A stretch of 63,981 nucleotides of DNA, counting the filler, from an uncultured Planctomycetales bacterium (lineage in GTDB: Bacteria; Omnitrophota; Gorgyraeia; Gygaellales; Profunditerraquicolaceae): assembly GCA_964487475.1 (NCBI GenBank). It is 7 parts of 7 records of this genome, joined end to end, with 100 filler letters (N's around TTAATTAATTAA, not from the genome) between each part and the next. Parts side by side here need not be neighbours in the genome. Positions count along the whole stretch, not along the records: positions 56,182 to 61,008 come from CAZAPM010000027.1; positions 61,109 to 63,981 come from CAZAPM010000031.1; 5 more parts are not named here. One strand, 5' to 3'. The stretch's first letter is position 1; every line of letters starts with the position of its first letter. The notes below the pieces were generated by a model. It did not search any database and was not told the origin of the DNA. It saw only the letters and a list, made by a program, of their open reading frames with translations. This document shows, in pieces, positions 57,784-63,981 of the stretch. The translations under genes were made by a program, and so were the position numbers.

Positions 57784-58863
57784 ATGGGTAACCGTACGAT
57801 CATTCCCTTCGGACCGCAGCATCCCGTGTTGCCCGAGCCGATCCACCTGGACCTGGTGCTGGAAGACGAGAAGGTGGTGGAGGCGATCCCTACGATCGGA
57901 TATATCCACCGGGGACTGGAAAAACTGGTGGAGAAGAAGGATTTCATCGATTTCGTGTACGTGGCGGAGCGTATCTGCGGCATCTGTTCCTTCATCCACG
58001 GCTTGACGTACTGCCTGGCGATCGAGGAGATCATGAAGCTGGAAGTGCCGTCACGCGCGCAGTATTTGCGCGTGATCTGGTCCGAGCTTTCCCGTCTGCA
58101 TTCGCATCTGCTCTGGCTGGGGCTGATGGCGGATGCCTTCGGGTTCGAGAGTTTATTCATGCACTGCTGGCGGCTGCGCGAGCAGGTGCTGGATATCATC
58201 GAACAGACTACCGGAGGCCGGGTTATCTTCGCCTCCTCGAAGGTGGGGGGCGTGCGCCGGGATATCGATGCCGCGACGTTGGCCGATATCGTTGCCAAGC
58301 TCAAGAAATTCGAGGGGGAGATCAAGGAGATCACGGCTGTCTTCCTGGAGGATAGTTCGGTCAAGCACCGCCTGGAAGGCGTGGGCAGGCTTTCGGCGGA
58401 GAAGGCGTATGAGCTGGGAGCGGTAGGCCCGACCCTGCGCGCCAGCGGGATCTCCTCCGATACCCGCAAGCTCGGCTATTGCGCGTACAAGGACCTTTCC
58501 TTTGCGCCCATCACCGATACCCGCGGGGATTCCTATGCCCGCTGCGTGGTGCGGATCAAGGAGCTTTTCCAGTCCATCGACCTGATCACCCAGGCTGCGG
58601 CTAAAATTCCCGAAGGCCCTCTGGAGGTCAAGGTCACGGGCACTCCGCAGGGTGAGTTTTTTGCCCGCACCGAGCAGCCCAGAGGAGAGGTCATCTATTA
58701 CGCCAAGGCGGACGGCAGCCGTTTCCTGCAGCGGATGCGGGTGCGCACCCCTACGTTCGCCAACATGGCGGCGCTGGTGCATGTGCTGCCGGGGGTAAGC
58801 CTGGCGGATGTGCCGGTGTTGATATTGACCATCGATCCCTGCATCAGCTGTACGGAGCGCTAA
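57784..58863 (+). CDS. Group 4 [NiFe]-hydrogenase large subunit (EchE-like)
   Basis: GPQHP, HRGLEK, L1 ERICGICSFIH, L2 DPCISCTER*; no C-terminal extension. Confidence 0.94.
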   Translation: MGNRTIIPFGPQHPVLPEPIHLDLVLEDEKVVEAIPTIGYIHRGLEKLVEKKDFIDFVYVAERICGICSFIHGLTYCLAIEEIMKLEVPSRAQYLRVIWSELSRLHSHLLWLGLMADAFGFESLFMHCWRLREQVLDIIEQTTGGRVIFASSKVGGVRRDIDAATLADIVAKLKKFEGEIKEITAVFLEDSSVKHRLEGVGRLSAEKAYELGAVGPTLRASGISSDTRKLGYCAYKDLSFAPITDTRGDSYARCVVRIKELFQSIDLITQAAAKIPEGPLEVKVTGTPQGEFFARTEQPRGEVIYYAKADGSRFLQRMRVRTPTFANMAALVHVLPGVSLADVPVLILTIDPCISCTER

Positions 58864-58864
58864 T

Positions 58865-59203
58865 ATGGCATTCTTTGTGATGACGAAGACCGTGCTCAAG
58901 AGCCTTTTCCGCAAGCCCGTGACCGTGAAGTACCCGTTCGGCCCGGCGACGCATAAGGAAAAGACCCGGGGGCACATCGAGATAGATATCAAGGCCTGCA
59001 TCTTCTGCGGGATGTGCCAGCGCAAGTGCCCCACCGGCGCGCTGGCCGTGCGCCGCGAGCAGAAGGAGTGGGAGATCGACCGTATGCGCTGCATCTCCTG
59101 CAACGCCTGCGTCGAGATCTGTCCCAAGAAATGCCTGTGCATGCGCAACACCTATTCCCCTCCGGCGACCCAGAAACAGAAGGAGACCTTCCGCCATGCA
59201 TGA
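58865..59203 (+). CDS. EchF/NuoI-like 2x[4Fe-4S] subunit
   Basis: CIFCGMCQRKCP and CISCNACVEICP. Confidence 0.93.
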   Translation: MAFFVMTKTVLKSLFRKPVTVKYPFGPATHKEKTRGHIEIDIKACIFCGMCQRKCPTGALAVRREQKEWEIDRMRCISCNACVEICPKKCLCMRNTYSPPATQKQKETFRHA

Positions 59204-59540
59204 GCATCATATCGTGGAGGGGATCGTCAAGCAGGTGCTGGAGAAAGCCGCCCTCGCCCAGGCGAAAAGGGTGACGGAGGTATTCCTGGTCATGGGCACG
59301 GAAAGCGGCCTGGCCGAGGAATCGGTGCGGATGTACTTCGCGGAGATATCCAAAGGCACGATGGCCGAGCAGGCCCTGGTGCACATCGCCTCCAAGCCGG
59401 TGACGCTGCGCTGTAACTCCTGCGACGTGGTCTTCGACTACAAGCGCGGGGATTTCAACTGCCCAACCTGCGGCAACCTTGGCGTGCGCGCCACCACCGC
59501 CAAAGAGTTCTACATCGACCGCATCGAAGTCGAGTCTTAA
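59196..59540 (+). CDS. hypA: Nickel metallochaperone HypA
   Basis: MHE N-terminus, CNSC and CPTC Zn site. Confidence 0.93.
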   Translation: MHEHHIVEGIVKQVLEKAALAQAKRVTEVFLVMGTESGLAEESVRMYFAEISKGTMAEQALVHIASKPVTLRCNSCDVVFDYKRGDFNCPTCGNLGVRATTAKEFYIDRIEVES

Positions 59541-59554
59541 GAGGCCCCTTTCCT

Positions 59555-60847
59555 ATGTGTTACGCCATCCCCGCTCTGGTCGAAGAGGTCCGCGGCAACG
59601 TCGCCGTCATTTCCTATTTCGGGGAGCGGAAAACCGCCTTTAACGAACTTATCGCGCTCGCACCGGGTGACTATGTGTATGCCCAGGGAGGCTACGTCAT
59701 CTCTAAGGTGCGCTCCGATGAGGCCCTGGCGTCCCTCGATACCTGGAAGGACTTGTTTTTCGAACTGCAGGATGTGGATGCGCGCCGGGCAGCCGCGGGC
59801 GCGGGAAGCCCGGGGAATGATCGCCGCTTAAGTTCCATCCTGGAGAAAGCCGGACAGGGCGAGATCCCTCAAAAGTATGACGCGCAGTATCTCTTATCCC
59901 TGACCGATCCCAAGGCCAGAGAGTCATTCTACGGCACGGCGAATCTGCTCCGGCAGCGCTACCATAAGAATTCCTGCTGCGTGCACGGGATCATCGAACT
60001 TTCCAACCATTGCGTACGCTCCTGCGTGTACTGCGGGATATCCCGGGAAACCCCGGTTACCCGTTATCGCATGAGCAGGGAAGAGGTCTTGGCGGCAGCG
60101 GCCGAGGCGGTGGAAGTGTACGGGTTCAAATCCCTGGTCCTGCAAAGCGGGGAGGGCGCGTATCCGGTCGAAGAGCTCGCGTTCCTGGTCGAGGAGATCA
60201 GGCGCCGGTATCCGTGCCTTATCTTCGTCAGTTTCGGGGAGGTGGGGCTGGAGGGGCTGGAGGCGTTGTACCGCGCCGGAGCGCGGGGGCTCCTGATGCG
60301 CTTCGAGACCTCGAACCCGAAGTTGTATGCGGCGATCCACGGAGGAAGCGCCCTGGATACCAGGCTGGCGCATCTGCGCCGGGCGCATGAATTGGGGTAC
60401 CTTATCCTTACCGGAAGCCTGATCGGCGTGCCGGGCCAGACGCGCGAGGATCTTTATAACGATATCGTGCTGGCAGGAGAGCTCCACGCGGAGATGTTCA
60501 GTTTCGGGCCTTTCCTGCCGCATCCGAATACGCCTTTGGCCGGCCATGGGGCGTGCAGGGAAGAGGAGGTGCTGGGCGTGCTGGCGTTATCCAGGCTGAT
60601 GGCGCCGCGCAACGCCAAGATCCTGGTCACTACCGCATTCGAGACCCTCTCTGCGCGCGCCAGGGAAGAGGGGCTTCTGGCAGGGGCGAATTCATTGATG
60701 CTGAATGTGACCCCGCTCAAATACCGGCCGTTGTACTCGCTGTATCCTCACCGGGCGCATGAACAGGAGAGCGTCCGGGAGCAGATAGACGGGACGATCG
60801 CGATGCTCAAGGGCCTCGGCCGCGGGCCGACGGACCTGGGGGTGTGA
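59555..60847 (+). CDS. HypC-like domain fused to a HydE-like radical SAM enzyme
   Basis: MCYAIPA...GDYV..QGG..I.K....EA (aa 1-~70); CVRSCVYC, LVLQSGE, RFETSN, GPFLPHPNTPL, GANSLM.N.TP..YR..YSLY. Confidence 0.85.
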   Translation: MCYAIPALVEEVRGNVAVISYFGERKTAFNELIALAPGDYVYAQGGYVISKVRSDEALASLDTWKDLFFELQDVDARRAAAGAGSPGNDRRLSSILEKAGQGEIPQKYDAQYLLSLTDPKARESFYGTANLLRQRYHKNSCCVHGIIELSNHCVRSCVYCGISRETPVTRYRMSREEVLAAAAEAVEVYGFKSLVLQSGEGAYPVEELAFLVEEIRRRYPCLIFVSFGEVGLEGLEALYRAGARGLLMRFETSNPKLYAAIHGGSALDTRLAHLRRAHELGYLILTGSLIGVPGQTREDLYNDIVLAGELHAEMFSFGPFLPHPNTPLAGHGACREEEVLGVLALSRLMAPRNAKILVTTAFETLSARAREEGLLAGANSLMLNVTPLKYRPLYSLYPHRAHEQESVREQIDGTIAMLKGLGRGPTDLGV

Positions 60848-60853
60848 AAGAGG

Positions 60854-60882
60854 TTGCAATAAGGGGGAGGAGCAGGTATAAT
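60854..60882 (+). promoter_or_regulatory. Sigma70 promoter of the tRNA
   Basis: TTGCAA-N17-TATAAT. Confidence 0.75.
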
Positions 60883-60923
60883 TAAACCCCGTAGCTCCTT
60901 GCCTAAGCAATAGATCGAAATTT

Positions 60924-61008
60924 GGAGAGGTGGCAGAGTGGTCGATCGCGCACGCTTGGAAAGCGTGTGTCCTGCAAGGGACCCAGGGTTCGAATCCCTG
61001 CCTCTCCG
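60924..61008 (+). tRNA. tRNA-Ser(GGA)
   Basis: GGAGAGG/CCTCTCC acceptor stem, CACGC-TTGGAAA-GCGTG anticodon arm, long variable arm, GGTTCGAATCC T-loop. Confidence 0.96.
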
Positions 61009-61108
61009 NNNNNNNNNNNNNNNNNNNNNNNNNNNNNNNNNNNNNNNNNNNNTTAATTAATTAANNNNNNNNNNNNNNNNNNNNNNNNNNNNNNNNNNNN
61101 NNNNNNNN
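61009..61108. other. Artificial contig linker
   Basis: N run containing TTAATTAATTAA. Confidence 0.98.
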
Positions 61109-61525
61109 TACCTGGGGATCACCGTAGATTCCGGGCTGACGGAGGTGCTTTCCAAGGATTCGCCCCTTGAGGAGGCTTTGGTTAACGTCGGTATCCCTAA
61201 CCTGACCGTGCTGCCGAGCGGCGCGATACCTAAGAACCCGGCGGAGCTGGTGGGATCGAATAAGATGCGCTCGCTCATCCAGACGCTTAAGGGCAAATTC
61301 GACTATATCATTTTCGATACGCCGCCGATCATCCCCGTGACCGATGCGGGGCTCCTCGGCGCATTGACGGACGGAGTGATCATGGTGGTGCAGGCGAACC
61401 GCACCCAGAAGGGTGTGGTCAAGCACGGTGAATCCATGCTGCGCCAGGCCCACGCCAAGATCCTCGGCTATATTTTAACGAACATTCAGTACCATATTCC
61501 CGCGTACATTTACCGATATTTATAA
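61109..61525 (+). CDS. CpsD/CapB-family BY-kinase, 3' part
   Basis: LPSG..P.NPAEL, FDYIIFDTPP (Walker B), Tyr-rich tail YHIPAYIYRYL. Confidence 0.9.
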   Translation, partial: YLGITVDSGLTEVLSKDSPLEEALVNVGIPNLTVLPSGAIPKNPAELVGSNKMRSLIQTLKGKFDYIIFDTPPIIPVTDAGLLGALTDGVIMVVQANRTQKGVVKHGESMLRQAHAKILGYILTNIQYHIPAYIYRYL

Positions 61526-61534
61526 GGAGGAGGC

Positions 61535-62464
61535 ATGAGATTTCTCGTCACCGGCGGCGCCGGCTTTATCGGCTCCCACATTACCGAACGTCTTCTTAAA
61601 GAAGGTCATTTCGTCCGCGTGCTGGACAACTTCTCCAGCGGCAAAGAGTCGAATTTAAAGGGACTGTCCCCCGAAGTTATTCGCGGGGACATCCGCGACA
61701 AGGCCACCTGCGACAAGGCTTGCGAAGGCATCGACTACATCTCGCACCAGGCCGCGCTTCGCTCCGTGCCTAAGTCCCTGAAGGAGCCCGAGTCCTACAA
61801 CGACGTCAACATCGGCGGCACCCTTAATCTGCTTCAGGCTGCCCAGAAGCACAAGATCAAGCGTTTCGTGATGGCCTCTTCCAGCTCCGTCTACGGGGAT
61901 ACCGACAAGTTCCCGGAGCGGGAGGATGCGTATCCGGTGCTCATTTCCCCGTATGCGCTTTCCAAGCTGGCCAATGAGTATTACTGCCGTATCTTCTCCG
62001 AACACTTCGGCCTCGAGACGGTCTGCTTCCGCTATTTCAACGTCTTCGGGCCCCGCCAGGCGCTTGACGACGAGTATGCGGTAGTCATCCCCAAGTTCAT
62101 CCACTGTATCCTCAATGATAAGAAACCGCCCATTTTTGGCACCGGCAAGCAGTCTCGCGATTTTACCTTTATCGATAACGTGGTGGACGCCAACATCAAG
62201 GGTATGCTTACCCCCGGGATCAAGCATGAAGTCTTCAATGTCGGCAACGGCAGGGACAATACGGTCCTGCAGCTGGTAGAGATCATTAATAAGATCCTCG
62301 GCAAGAAGATCGAGCCGGAGTTGCTGCCGGTGCGCGCCGGGGATGTGTTCCGCACCTGGGCGGATGTTTCCAAGATCAAGGCGAAGTTAGGATGGGAGCC
62401 GGCGGTCAATTTCGAGGAAGGCCTGCGCCGCACGGCGGAATATTTTAAGCAGAAGGGGTTCTAA
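61535..62464 (+). CDS. NAD-dependent UDP-sugar 4-epimerase (WbpP-like SDR)
   Basis: [34 protein letters not shown]. Confidence 0.92.
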   Translation: MRFLVTGGAGFIGSHITERLLKEGHFVRVLDNFSSGKESNLKGLSPEVIRGDIRDKATCDKACEGIDYISHQAALRSVPKSLKEPESYNDVNIGGTLNLLQAAQKHKIKRFVMASSSSVYGDTDKFPEREDAYPVLISPYALSKLANEYYCRIFSEHFGLETVCFRYFNVFGPRQALDDEYAVVIPKFIHCILNDKKPPIFGTGKQSRDFTFIDNVVDANIKGMLTPGIKHEVFNVGNGRDNTVLQLVEIINKILGKKIEPELLPVRAGDVFRTWADVSKIKAKLGWEPAVNFEEGLRRTAEYFKQKGF

Positions 62465-62656
62465 ATGAGCAGAACGATGAGCATGCTTTATACCGCCGCG
62501 CGCGAGCGGTGCGATGTTCCTGCGGTTGCATCGGCAGCCGAGCACCAGGGGGAATGCTGCAAAGTGGATTGGACCCCGGTGCAGCTGGCTATGGCTCATG
62601 TGGTAGCGGCAATTTTATTCATCCTCAACATCGTCATATTCATAAGCTTAACGTAG
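62465..62656 (+). CDS. Small hypothetical protein with a C-terminal TM helix
   Basis: Fills the gap between two EPS genes exactly; hydrophobic C-terminus. Confidence 0.5.
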   Translation: MSRTMSMLYTAARERCDVPAVASAAEHQGECCKVDWTPVQLAMAHVVAAILFILNIVIFISLT

Positions 62657-62664
62657 GAGATATC

Positions 62665-63981
<1,317 letters not shown>

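Noticed and set aside
56183..59203. Respiratory complex I or Ni-less Ehr/Mbx complex
   Set aside because: Both CxxC Ni-binding motifs are intact and hypA/hypC-like genes follow
59555..60847. Biotin synthase or PylB
   Set aside because: Motifs fit HydE better, and no bio or pyl genes are nearby; phylogeny is still needed to confirm
50685..61525. Functional linkage of EPS, glycolysis and hydrogenase genes by proximity
   Set aside because: They lie on separate contigs joined by linkers, so order and adjacency are arbitrary

Overview
This window is not contiguous genome. It is seven bacterial contig/scaffold pieces joined by artificial N-TTAATTAATTAA-N linkers (near 8.1, 33.1, 50.7, 54.0, 56.1 and 61.0 kb), plus one plain 100-N gap at 32281-32380, so adjacency across linkers means nothing. 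The DNA is GC-rich and the gene content (Ech-like hydrogenase, type IV pilins, PEP-CTERM/exosortase, PVC-style exported proteins) suggests an anaerobic PVC-superphylum organism such as Omnitrophota; this is inference. Contents by piece: (1) metallophosphoesterase-ZIP-crcB and surface-glycosylation genes; (2) miaB-SPOR-miaA-hflX, a heat-shock cluster (HspR-like MerR, clpB, hrcA, grpE, dnaK, dnaJ, two CIRCE sites), accD, tandem diguanylate cyclases, glucokinase, transaldolase, lptD, ugd/uxs and tandem pilins; (3) an EPS/exosortase locus containing a signal-peptide-bearing Rhs toxin-immunity pair, 15-bp-period GC hairpin repeats, three PEP-CTERM genes (one with almost no cargo) and a BldC-like mini-MerR behind 10-bp-phased direct repeats; (4) glycosyltransferases; (5) pfkA-aldolase; (6) a group-4 (Ech-like) [NiFe]-hydrogenase operon followed by tRNA-Ser(GGA); (7) more EPS genes. 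The best candidate for an undescribed system is the hydrogenase operon. It ends in a HypC domain fused to a HydE-like radical SAM enzyme, joining a [NiFe]-maturation chaperone to an [FeFe]-maturase fold, and its small subunit is fused to a GNAT acetyltransferase.
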